This document shows, piece after piece, positions 24,849 through 37,302 of a stretch of 64,000 bases of DNA (its first letter is position 1; each line of letters starts with the position of its first letter). The stretch is from Podarcis melisellensis (Eukaryota): assembly GCA_964234715.1 (NCBI GenBank), contig OZ174279.1; one strand, given 5' to 3'. The translations under genes were made by a program, and so were the position numbers. The notes under the pieces are model-generated. The model did no database searches and was not told the origin of the DNA. It worked only from the letters and a program-made list of their open reading frames with translations.

Positions 24849-26717
24849 CTAGAAAGTAGGAGAGAAAAATCACACTTGTAAACAAGTCAAAATCAATGCA
24901 AAAACAAAGCCTTGCCACACATAAGTCTCTTTATGCCACCTAATGAAAATTTGCTCTTGATTGTGAATAATAAAATGCAGGATCTCCCAGTGTGCTATTT
25001 AATGAACAGAGGATCAAGGGAGTCAACAGCTGAGTATGAAGCCCACTTGTAATTTCTTTGTGAGTACAGTCCCATTTAGAGGTGGTTTGAAAACAACTGA
25101 ACAAGTCATTCAGTTGTTTGCCTGTGTCTGAACACTGTAATACCCCTTTTAAAGAGAGGCTAACAGTCAGAATGCACAACCCATTGTTGAACTGTTCCAC
25201 ATCATATTGCAGCCACTTTTGTCTTTTGACTCAGCTTCTCCATCAAGCCACGGTTATTGCAGAGGCTCCTTAGGATCCAATCCTCCCTTCCAGTAAGTTT
25301 GAGGGCTGCTTTGCACTTTACAAGGCAGTGTTTGCTGCAGTAAAACCAGTGTTCAGCTTAGCAAAAATGCCAAGTGTTAATGGCAGATGCATCATCCTGA
25401 ACACCTAGGTATGTATTGGAGAAACCTGACCGTCTGCATATTCCTGTTGTATGTACAGTACAGTACATGCTTTTTCTGAAGATGACAAACACACTATGAG
25501 TCATTCTCCATAAGCAAGCTTCAGCTTTCGATCCCAGGACAATGTGTTATAGAAGGCAATTTCCCTGAAACAAACTGCTGGAGTAAATGAAAAAGCAGGC
25601 ACTGCTTTGGGGTTATATATAGGGTTGGTCCATACTTATGGGCAAGTCTGTACAAAAGCCATAGGGAGTCAACTGGCAACCTCCATTTGACTGCATAATT
25701 GGTGTGAACTGAGCCATTGAAATCAGCCAAATCACAACAGTTTTATATGTAGCCCTAGCATGGAAGTTTGGATACACAGAGATGGTGCCTTATGATAGGT
25801 TTAGCCTTGCCATAAGTCTGCCACAATTTCCTGACAGGCTACTATTAGGTGTGAAAGGCAATGCAGTGATTGTGAATTCTTCTGACATATACTGTGTTCA
25901 AATGTTGGAGATGTGTTGGCTAGAAAAGATCTACAACATCACACAAAACATCACCTATGAGCAAAATAAATTTTAAAAAATGTACTGCTGTATAACACCT
26001 TTCTCTACTGATTACACTTCATTCTGACACCTTGTCTAGAATGCAAAGTTAGCACTTATGCACCAAACTGAGAAATGAACAATTCAACCTGTAAAACAGG
26101 TTATTTTAATTCAGCAAGCTATCCTCAGATTTGATTAAAAGAGCCACCGGATTATAAACTGTATCTTATTTTTTTATTTTCAATTGTCCTTATATTGTAC
26201 AATTTTAAAAAGTGGTAAGAATTCTACATTACTGCTGTGACCAAGCAGAGACAATATGTGTGTAGAAAGAGGCTTCTACAATGACTGCTGTTCTAGATGT
26301 GACCAGAGTATGCAAAATAATCCTGCCCTACAATGGGCAGCGGTTGCACCCAGCACCTGCTATCACTATGTGCACAATACTCTTGAATGCTAAAGTACAA
26401 GATCAGCATTGTCAATTCTGATTCCAGATGCACACTCTACCCACCACTGTCCTAACAAATGATTAGTGCATACAAAGCAGACAGAGCCAACCACCTGTTC
26501 AGCAGGGTTGATCTGTGAATGCAGAAGCACATGCTTAGCCTGCAGTATGCAAGGATGCCTAGATCAGAGCACATTCACCAAGGATAACAGAGTTGGTGAA
26601 TTTTGCTTTTCCTCAACCTACTAGGAGATCCATGATATACCTTTTTGTGTCTTTAGACTGGGAGAGATTGCTTTCATTAAAAACAACAACGCTCTAAACC
26701 ATAACAGCCTGAAATTT

Positions 26718-26848
26718 AGATTCAGGTAGGTAGCCGTGTTGGTTTGATGCAGTCAAAATATATTAAAAAATTGTCCAGTAGCACCTTAGAGACCAACTAA
26801 GTTTGTTCTGGGTATAAGCTTTTGTGTGCATGCACACTTCTTCAGATA
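26718..26848 (-). mobile_element. Short PLE pLTR insertion with mutated hammerhead (26811-26850)
   Basis: 10-bp TSD CCTGAAATTT at 26708-26717 and 26849-26858; homologous to 1016-1135; hammerhead GAAA changed to AAAA. Confidence 0.85.
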
Positions 26849-27729
26849 CCTGAAATTTGTTTATTTTTTAAAATTAATGTGCTGGTAGAAGCCATTTAAA
26901 CACTACATGAAGACTCAGCTAGACTTAAGAAGCAGTCCTATACTTAAGTTCTGTTGGCTAAGATGCTATAGGATTTGGCTGAAGGCTATCCTGGCCAGCT
27001 TCTAAATATGCCAGCAGCACAACAGAATGCTGTCAGAACAGATAAAATGGGATGGAGGAGGAGCACACTTGCGCTGTATCCTATAGCCCTTCAATCCTGG
27101 TTGATAGGTAACTTTGCATCAGTGCCAGACCTGGCATAAGATTTCCCTCTCGCTTAAGTCACCACTCTGTCCACATCAAAAGAGCATTAGATGCACTTGG
27201 CCTCAGAACACACATGGGAACCTGAACACATTGCTAATGCTTCTTATCTCATAATCCTAATATGTATCTCACCTCGGTACTCCGGACACATACTATACAT
27301 CCAGCCCCATTCCACTTCAACAGCTACACCTCACACAGGTAAGCAAGAGAAGGAGAGACACATGCTATGATGTTTAACTGGTGCACCTGACGCCTGTCTC
27401 TCTTCACCCCTTTTTGCTATACTTGAATACTCTTGCCCTGCCTCAACAGTGCTGCTCCACCATTCCTCCCCACAACAGTGGGGAGCAGTGCCTTCCACAC
27501 AAAAGGGAGGTGCTCATCCGTACACACAGGCAAACTTGCTGTTGGTAAAAGCCAGGCGCTCCACTTCAGCCATTGCCACTGCTGGACTCATGCACAGTTT
27601 TGCCTTAAAGGTTCACAACTCAGAAGCCTTCCCAGTAAATGCAGTGCTTGGCTATATCCCCAAGGGGTGTGTGGGAGGCCGAGGCAGGAGACCAGAGGCA
27701 ATTCCATTGCAGTTGTGGCATCAACTTAC

Positions 27730-27816
27730 CTGCACTGCACTCTCCCCTAGAGCTCGCTGGATTTCCCTCAAAGTCTGATAGTGCTCCAGCAGGTGATCAC
27801 CACATATTATGTCTAC
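27730..27816 (-). CDS. PCGF6: PCGF6 exon 9
   Basis: [29 protein letters not shown]; AG/GT boundaries; 87 nt. Confidence 0.93.
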
Positions 27817-28874
27817 CTAGAAATAAACAGAAAAAAGTATCAAAAGCTGTTTTCTTTAGCTCCAGCAAGCTAGGGGCTTTAAAGTTTTAATTCAATGGCT
27901 GTTTGAGAACACATTTTATGTATCTATTTCATCTCCAGAAATGCTCTCCAGGACCTCAAAGCTACTCTTTTATAGTCCCAATTTCAAAAAGCAATTTGAG
28001 GATTTGGCAAGAGATCTCTTCAAAACACAAGTTTTTATTGCTATCAAGAACCCATTGTCTGCAATAGCACTGTAAAGTAACAAGCAGCTATGAACACGTA
28101 AAGGACACTCCTAAACAGATTGAGTTCGTTTGAAGACAGAACCCCCTGTCCCAGCTTCGTAAGACTTATTGCTTCTCTGTTAACTACTTTAAATATCCTT
28201 TTCCTGTCTTATTAACTCCAATGACTTTGGACTTTGTTCAAATATTAACTTCATTTTGTACTGTTCAGTGGATGTACCAATAAATATATCAAGAAATTCT
28301 ATGTTCAAAGCAAATATCCCTTCAGAACAGGTGTGGTTAAACTTGTTAACATGAGCAGGTGTCCAAGTATCATTTTAATTAAATAACGCAGGAGCTCCTG
28401 GGTGCCAGTTCTCAGTGGACACTGTGTACATGCCATTTGCAATCTGTATCTCATTTGACACTAACAAGTCCCAGAGATACTGATCATTGGCAACTCTCTG
28501 AATGATTCTTTAAAACTAAACAGAGGTGCACAGTCCATTCATGTAAGAATTGCATGCAACTATTGCATGATATTGCTTAAGTCATCCACACCACCAGCAA
28601 ACAGAAATCTCAAGTGATGCAACTGAAACAAAGATAGGATCAACAAGTCATGATCATGTCCATGTTTAATATCTAAGTCGGTAGAGTTCAGTCTTTCTAG
28701 TGTCAATGAATTGTTTCTGTGTTGATCAATGTGCTGTGATTTTGTTACCAACAAAACACTTTTGCATTACCGGGGATTTGGGGTTGTGTACTAGGGTACA
28801 ATTTTAACTCCTGCAGTTTCAGGAGTTTGCAAGATTTGCAAGAAGCAAGTGGCAGCAGCAGACAAGTTGTCTTT

Positions 28875-29016
28875 AGGTTGTTTGTTTTGTTTTATTATGT
28901 ATTTTGTGTTTTCATTTTGTATTTTTATGTTGTGAACTGCCCTGAGATCTGTGGATGAAGGGTGGTATATTAATGTAACAAACAAACAAACAAACAAACA
29001 AACAAACAAACAAACA
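28875..29016 (+). repeat. LINE (L2-like) 3' end with (AAAC)n microsatellite tail
   Basis: TGTGAACTGCCCTGAGATCTGTGGATGAAGGG terminus followed by ~9 AAAC units; the same terminus occurs reversed near 38800-38845. Confidence 0.65.
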
Positions 29017-29609
29017 TTTTTTACTGACAATTTCACCATCAATCCTTGATAAAAGCTTCCTCAGTGTGAAAATGGCTGACTGGGTTCATAACAATGAGCT
29101 GTGCATCTTTGACTTATCTCTGGTGCTATTCTATGGTGGGTACGAATCTGTTCTGAATAACAGGAGGCAGATTATACTCAAGATGTTTCTGGATATTTTC
29201 AGAACCACCTCTCCCAGTCAGCAGGTGATTATTTTAGGTTTTTTTAAAAAAATCCAACAAAAACAAAACACATCCTGGAGACCAGAGTCAGAGATATCTT
29301 CACTGTTTGAAATGTTTGAAGTTAGTTCTGTTTCCTTCACTGAGGATTTTATTGACTTAGTCTGCTAGAGGATGTTCACCTTCCTAGGTTTCATAATTAG
29401 GATTTTTAGGAAGAAGGCTTCTGGTATAACTCCTTTGCTTGACACCACAGAATTAACTTTCTTTTAAGGATAAAAATTATGACTTATGTGCTCCCCCCAT
29501 TTGAACAGAAATGAAGTTCCTTGGTCTTGTATTAAAGAGCATGTAGCAGTGTTGGTATTCTCCGATAACTCAATATTCTATAGGTGTGGGAGAGACCACC
29601 TTGAAATTT

Positions 29610-29790
29610 AAGATTCAGGTAGGTATCTGTGTTGGTCTGACGCCGTCGAAATAAAAAAAATTAAAATATTGTCCAGTAGCACCTTAGAGACCAACTAAGT
29701 TTGTTCTGGGTATAAGCTTTCGTGTGCATGCATAAAGAAAGCTTATACCCAGAACAAACTTAGTTGGTCTCTAAGGTGCTACTGGACAAT
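29610..29790. mobile_element. PLE pLTR insertion folded back on itself
   Basis: 10-bp TSD CTTGAAATTT at 29600-29609 and 29791-29800; perfect 54-bp inverted repeat 29668-29721 / 29737-29790. Confidence 0.85.
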
Positions 29791-31898
29791 CTTGAAATTT
29801 GTGATTGTTTTGGTCAAAAATAGCATCTAGGGGCAGAATTTATCATATTTAAACCTACCAGGTATACATTTCCAAATTATCTGCCCGGCTCGCTCAGTAT
29901 TTATTCCTACATATTTCCCCTTTATCATGCTAAATTAGTACAAACATTTTTACAGTAATAGAAATCTCAAGAATCTTTAGAGGAGTCAACAAAGTTGGCC
30001 ACGTTTGGCAGAAGCAGAAAAACATCTGATTGCTAGGGAAGCAGAAATCCTAACAGACATTTCAGGTACATTTTTTGAACAGCCTGTCTCCTGTTTGTCA
30101 GAGTGGATTACCGCCCTTTATCTAATGACACTAGAGATAACAGCAAGGACCTTGGATGTAGATAAAACAGAAAGAGGAGAAAGAGGGAGCTAGTAAGAAA
30201 AGAAAGGCGAAACAGAATATGATCAAGTGAAATGTCCTAAGTCCAGTCCATTAGAAACTGGACATTAGAGCTGCATTTATTTCTATGTATTTCCCCCACT
30301 TCCCCCTCTTTATCTTCCTAACTTATTACAAACATAAAAAAATGGCAAATTAGCATCTAATTGAAACACCAAGGTGCAAACACACACATTTTATCTGCAT
30401 TTCAGACCACCTGCCTGTTTCCTATGGGCAGAATCCGAGGCTGTGCTCACTTTTCTCTCCTTCCCATTGCAGTCCCAAGTGGCCTCAAAATCTGCTCTGC
30501 AGAGCCCAACCCTCCAGAGCACATTTTGAGGGTGCATGGAAGGCTTCAGAGGACGGTGAAGTCACTCTGTACATGTGGAAGCCTGTTCTGCGCATACAGA
30601 CAACACTAGATACAACTCTATGTATCCACACCATTAAATGCCACAAATTATGATCAGATGGAATTTATTCCAGTTTATTAACACTGGAAGCAAAATGTTA
30701 ACCAATTCCATTGTAAAACAATTCTTCACAGTCCTGAGATTCAAAAGTGACTGCCTAGAGATATCCTGATGTGACCTTCGCTGCTGCAGTTCTAGACTTC
30801 AGATATTAAATGTTTCAGTGGCTTTAAATAAATGATTGCAAAGCTGCTTCCCCTCTACCTCAAAGTGCTTGGAATATTAAATGCCTAATTCTGCTACTTC
30901 AGTGCTAAGTCCTAAAGCTTCAATACTAATTGTTCGGGTGGGATTCAGGTGATAGCTGTAAAACTCAAGGGAATAGAAATACAAAGAAAAGAAGCAATTT
31001 GTTCTCAACCACCCTTTTAAGAAGCATCTATAGCATTTGTGATGACATCCATTAATCTCTGTGATGTAAGGAAATACATTACAGATAAGGGGGTGGGAAT
31101 CCCATCTGCCAGCAGTGTTCTAAATCTATTTTAGACTTTTAAGTTTGGAATCAAATCAGTGTTACACTAGTGTTGCAACAATGAATATAACTGATTTGAC
31201 CCTTCCTGGAAACAGGAAGATCATTATATACTGTAACTGTAAATATTCCCCTAATGAACACACTAAAGTCTAGTTAAAGCAAGGGAAAGAAACCTTTCTG
31301 ATGTTTTTAAAGAATCACATGCCTTGATTGGGTGCATGCAAGTTATTTCCCTGACACCCCAATCCAATACATATGTATCTCAGAAGTTCCACAAACGTTT
31401 TATGCAGCTTACTCCCAAGTAAGCATGCCTGGAATTGGAAGGAAAAATAGATGGAAATGAGACATAAGGGATGCAACTTGTGCATTAAGCACTGGATCTG
31501 TCAAGTTTTTGTCAGGCTCCAACACCTTGCTCTCCTGACCACCCAGCAGCATCTTTGGCAAGAGTTGCACACTAACTTACGTTATCCCGAAGTGTCATCC
31601 CGGTTGCATTACAAGAGCCACCAGCTGACACTGTACCGCATTAGATGACTAGGGGGATGAATGCAACTCTATCTGGCTCTATAAAGTCTCAGCCTCAGGG
31701 CCTGTTCTTCAGTCTCCTTGTAAGCAGATCCGGTCAGGCTGACCTCCTACTCACCAACTGCCCTTCCTGGAACTTTTGTCCGCCTGAGACCATGATGCTT
31801 TTCTTTGGCTCCCTGCCTTGCAAACAATTTGTTCTTTCTTGTTTTGGGGGTTCTGATACTGGTTCCATTTCAGATGCTGAGCATTAACTTTAGATATA

Positions 31899-32113
31899 CA
31901 GAGGTACCTCGGGTTACAGACACTTTAGGTTACAGACTCCGCTAATCCAGAAATAGTACCTTGGGTTAAGAACTTTGCTTCAGGATGAGAACAGAAATCA
32001 TACGGCGGCAGTGGGAGGCCCCATTAGCTAAAGTGGTACCTCAGGTTAAGAACAGTTTCAGGTTAAGAACGGACCTCCAGAATGAATTAAGTTCTTAACC
32101 TGAGGTACCACTG
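31899..32113. mobile_element. Tc1/mariner-pogo MITE (same family as 3435-3664)
   Basis: TA-CAGAGGTACCTC...GAGGTACCACTG-TA. Confidence 0.85.
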
Positions 32114-32116
32114 TAC

Positions 32117-32281
32117 CATAGGTGTCAACCTTCCCTTTTTTTGCGGGAAATTCCCTTATCCCAGCGCCATTTCTTGCTGCTTCCCGCTGCTATCCCAGAT
32201 TGTTAGATATCCCATAGACTGTCCCTGGGACAGGTGAGGCTGCTGATCCCTTATTTTCAAATATGAAAGTTGACAGCTATG
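32117..32281. mobile_element. hAT-type MITE
   Basis: TIRs CATAGGTGTCAAC / GTTGACAGCTATG; 8-bp TSD CACTGTAC/CATTGTAC. Confidence 0.8.
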
Positions 32282-32288
32282 CATTGTA

Positions 32289-32542
32289 CAGTGGTACCTC
32301 TGGATGCGAACGGGATCCGTTCTGGAGCCCCGTTTGCATCATGAGAAGAACGCAACCCGCGTCTGCACGTCTGCCTGTGCCGCGATTCGCCACGTTTGTG
32401 CATGCACGTGACGTTATTCTGAGTGTCTGTGCATGTGTGAGCAGCGAAACCCGGAAGCAACCCATTCCGTTACTTCCAGGTCGCCGCGGGACACAACCTG
32501 AAAAGATTTAACCCGAAGTGACTTTAACCCGTGGTATGACTG
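32289..32542. mobile_element. Tc1/mariner-pogo MITE (second family)
   Basis: TA-CAGTGGTACCTC...GTGGTATGACTG-TA; CpG-rich interior. Confidence 0.75.
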
Positions 32543-35034
32543 TACATGGTAAACACAGCTACTGAGGAGCCAGATGAAAAACTGCATCGGCTATTTATAC
32601 AAATTATTGACCCCAATTCTCCCTTTGTTTATAAATTGCTCTCATTGTGCCGTTACCGTGCACCAGATATTATATTGCGCCCAATCACACTCTGATTTCT
32701 AGCAGAATATGCATCAAACCCATGCTACTTCTAATTATCTCCCCAAAGCCCGTCTTCATTTACAATAAACACTTTCATCTGAGAGATTCCTCTGACAAGG
32801 GAACACTTCTGTAAGCTATATTAGTACATCTAAAGCAGTGAAATAGCAAATTCCTTTATAACTGTCGCTCTCTCCCCATACTAATTCTCACTCAAAAGGC
32901 AGGCAGAAAGCAGCTTTTGGAAGTCCTGATATTAGGATGGCAAGGCACTTACTATTTCAGATATTTTTCAGACATTACTACAACAGTCTTATCAAGTGAA
33001 GACAGCAGCTCACAAGCTGATTTCAATAAGAATATATGAGTCCAGGGGGCAAGATGGCAACTAAGGGGTTGGGAAGACGTGGTTTATTCAACTTTTTTTT
33101 AAAAAAAGAATACAAATACTTAATGTAACACTTTTCAGTCCAAAGACTTCTAGAGTGCCTCAGCAGATGCCTAAAACAATAGCAGTCATAAAAACTTTAA
33201 AACCAGGACAGCTGAGACTACAGAATGAAAAAAGAAAAAAAAACGTAGTCTAAAAGGCATGAGCACCTGGTGCTGAAAGAACATCTAAGCTGGCACCAGG
33301 CAAGCTGCCTTGGGGAGAACATCCCAAAGCCAGGGCCACAATAGTAGCCAAGGCCCTACCTCTAATAATAATGGGGCTCATAAATTTACACAGGAAAGCA
33401 GGGGTGGCTAGCCACTTTTGGGCCAATGGCTGCAATTACCTTTGGCCAACCACTTGGGGTGGGTCACCCCCCCCCAAAAAAAAATCCCAATCCCATCCTC
33501 AGTGATCTATGCAGATGAGAAGGGAGGAGAAGTTGGAATCTCCACTGTAGTGCTGGGAAGAGAGCTGGGAACTTCTCCTGCCAGCCTAGTATTCTGGCGC
33601 TCATCCAATTTGTCTGATGAGCAGGGACAGGGTGATTTGAACCTCCAATGAAGTGCTTCTCCCAGCCCAGCACCATAACTCCTTTTTTCTTTTGCCATTG
33701 CCAGAATCAGTGTGGTTGGAAGGACAGCACACAAAAGAAATTATTTGACAGGCTGTGTCAGGCCTTCAGGATAGGGGCTTCCTGCAGTACAGCAAAACTG
33801 AAGAGGGATATGAGAATAGTAACATCAACAATATGTTCTGACAAGTAGTTACTGAAGCTGGACATTCTAGATATACTTCATTGCAATTAGTGAGCAAACA
33901 AGTATGAAAAGGTAGAAATATTGTTTTCGGATTGACCATGTTAAAATTAAATAACACCTGATAACATTCAAAAATCATGTTGCAATTATGTCTCTTTGCT
34001 GCAGGCATAAAACTAATCATTCCCTCAGTGACCAAGACCAGGACTTTTGAGCATCAATAACAATAATAAATAAACTGCCAGCCTATGGAAAGAGAGAAAA
34101 TCAAGGCTCTCTAGTGCCGTGTCCTAGCAAAGAACTCCTCTGGACTCAACCACAATTAAGCTGGGAATCCTTAGGGGCCTACTTCCAAGTAAGATATCTA
34201 GGAAACAAGTGCAACATCAACTTTTATGTTCAACTGAAGTCTGTGGCATACAAGGCTTTTAAAGAGAGTGTTGCATGTTTCAGTAACAATGACAGAAGAT
34301 GGAAGTTTTGCATTTACTCTTTTAGCATGGGATGGGGTTTAAATATGCATTGTCATATCTTCTATCTGCAAATTAATCTAGGCACACTTTGAAAATGAAC
34401 AGAAGGTATGTCAACAGAAACAAATAAACCTGAACAATCAAAGGCATTTGCAGACACAGTTGAGAACAAAATATGTCTATCCCATCTTTGGAAAACAGAT
34501 CACAACATATCACAAAATCAGTTCTGTAGGTTTTACAAATGTGCCCAATGAATTCACTTAGTGTACATTTTCATTACAAGAGAGCAACAAAACACACTCT
34601 GGAGTCTTAACACATCAGACCATTTGGGCAGATTAATGTTTTTAAAAGGCAGAATCAGAAACCTTTCTTTTAATTAGATGTGCAAATGCATCACGTGTAT
34701 TAATGCAACTACAAGGACACATAATCCTTGAATCCTTTTCACCTTGCACATAATTGCCATTAAATCCTGTATTTTATAAAATGTGAAATCCAATATCAGG
34801 TTGTACCTGCTGAACAGCTGCACAATTTGGCAGAAGCCATGCTACACTCCCAGAACAAAAAATATGCCACCACCACGATGAAAGATGTAGCAGTGCAATT
34901 TTTCTGCCAGTGAAGATGGACGGAGTGATCAGTGGCATAAGGGAAGAACATTAGTACTTACGATTGTTTTATAATCTTAAAATATCATGACCACACCCCC
35001 CATTTATGGTGAAGTTTTAGACTAGACCTAGAGC

Positions 35035-35510
35035 TGTTGACACAGAATTTCTATCCTATTGACCTCCCAGACCACAACCAAACATAAGGTATGGTGTGAT
35101 CAATCACAGCATAGAACTACCAGTATATAAACCCTGGACAGGGAGACCATAACTCAGACAGACAAGGTGCAGGCCTGGGCTTGTACAGAGAGAGTTCCAC
35201 CTCATTAGCAACAGCAGTGATGAGGCTGCTCCTAGCTGTTCCTCTGTAAGAATATCAACTTATTTGCTCCAGGCATGGCTGCTGTATCCTTTGTTCCTAC
35301 CATGGAACAGAGTGCCATCATGGACACTACAGCTGATATTCAGCTACATTTCAAGCAATGGCCCAAGAGTCCTGGTGGGCTGACTTGTTGGAAACCCTAA
35401 ACATGTGTACTTCTTCAGAATCGCCTCCATTTTGGAGGCTGTTCAATAAAGGGTTATGACTTTGCCACATTTGTTGCTATGGTTTGGTAGATGGGGATCC
35501 CTTTCTCACA
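35035..35510 (+). mobile_element. Possible solo LTR
   Basis: TATATAAA (~35124), AATAAA (~35445) and a CA end in LTR order; 5' boundary and TSD not resolved. Confidence 0.4.
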
Positions 35511-36272
35511 CTCTAGAAGGCTATAGCTTCATTTGGCTTCGGAATGACACTACAAGGTGGGGAGATGGTCAATATGCTTGATGGGCTCAGGACAGTGGTC
35601 CCATCTCACTACTCATTCAGGTTCCCTGGACTGAGACGGAGGCAGGATTTTCAAGGTACACAAGTGCATAGCTGTTGCCACCAGGATGTTAGAGGGAGGG
35701 ATGCTGAAGGGGAGAAGGGCCAAATCTGAGTGGCTACATGGCAACATGACACGTTGCCTATGTGATCCTGAAATGAGACTGCCATAGAAGGAAGCTATTT
35801 TGTTTTTAAAAATGGTGCTAAAGCTGCAAACCAGAGACAGCAAACAGCACATGTAAAAGGTAAACAAAAAGATATGTTGTCGAACATTTCACTGAAAACT
35901 CTGTTTTGCCCCTCAAAACATCACAGAGAGAAATACGGCAAAGTGCTATTTAAAAATCTATGTGGAGGAGTGGAAATAACTTTAAAGCTCTTATAATACA
36001 ACACATTGGCTTGCCCTCTTACATTTGACTTTTCTTCTTTGGTTTCTTCTTCTGTGCTTGCTTGCTATTGCCTCAGTGTGTGTTACATAAATTCTTTGAT
36101 GCAACAAGTGTGGCTTTTCCAAGTTACATAATGCCTTGTGAAATGCACTGCATGGAGAACGGTAAAAACCTCACTCGCATTCTTGCTGCTAGGAAGCAGA
36201 CTTTCAGTGTGAGCAAGAGAGTAGAGGAGTGTCATAGCCAACGATATGGTGCAAACAATTAGCACAGCATAC

Positions 36273-36371
36273 CTGGCAGCCAGGATCAAGGTCCATCTTT
36301 CTTCTGAGAAATTTCTCCACATGTCCAATTGTTGCCTCTCCTGAAACCCGTACAAACTTCTTTTCCAGTGG
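36273..36371 (-). CDS. PCGF6: PCGF6 exon 8
   Basis: [33 protein letters not shown] (RAWUL domain); 99 nt. Confidence 0.95.
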
Positions 36372-37274
36372 CTGGAAGGAGGAAACACATTTCATACTGT
36401 AAGGCTGTTCAGTAATGAAGGGGGCAATTCTAATCAGGTTCTTTAACAAGGACTTTATCCTTGTTGTTGTTGTTGTTGTTGTTAGATGAAACCAGTAAGT
36501 CATTTTCACAAATTTCCCCCTTAAACAGCTTTTTTCAGCAGTAAGACGATGTTGTTCAGCTGCAACCCACAGTTCCACTATTTTTCCTCTTCCACCCACA
36601 ATCTCACTGCACATGTATCTTGTGTATTTAGTTCTTCTTCCCATAAGCTAAAGGAGGCATAGATGGTTCTCTCTGTTCCATGTTATCCTCACCACAATGC
36701 TGTGAGTTAGGCTAGGCTGAGAGCTAGCAATAGGTTCAAGGGTCCCAGTGAGCTTCATGGCTGAGTGGTAATTAAAAGCTGGATTGTCTCAGTCTGAGGT
36801 GGTAATCACTACACCACATTGGCTCTCAAATACATATATGTACCATTTTTATTTATTTCTTTACAAATTTCTACCCTTCACAGATAGCTCACAGACATAA
36901 TTAAAAACATGATGTTCTGGGCATTGTTTAATCACTAGCTCTTTCTATAGAATACAGTCTAGCTGTTCACTCTTTAAAACAGGAGCAACTGACCAGTAAC
37001 TCTTCAGATGTTGTTTGACTGGAGCATCTAAAAGGCTACAGGCTGGCCACCATGCTTCAGAGGCAGTCATAATGTCCAGTGCGCCTGGTCCCTCAAACTA
37101 AAACATTACATCCCTGCCTTTGCAACATTCCTTATCTTTATAAATTACAGATTTGCAAAAAAGCAGTATATACTCCAGGACAGAATCATTGGCTTTCTCA
37201 ATGCAACATTTAGTTTTACTTATGCATGTCGTAACAATGAAGCAAAGGAAGATAAATTTTAGCAGTATTTGTAC

Positions 37275-37302
37275 CTTAAATTTCCCAGATAGATCATTAG
37301 CT
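37275..37302 (-). CDS. PCGF6: PCGF6 exon 7 (28-nt micro-exon)
   Basis: (G)ANDLSGKFK; TTTCAG| and |GTACAA; phases join exons 6 and 8. Confidence 0.85.
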
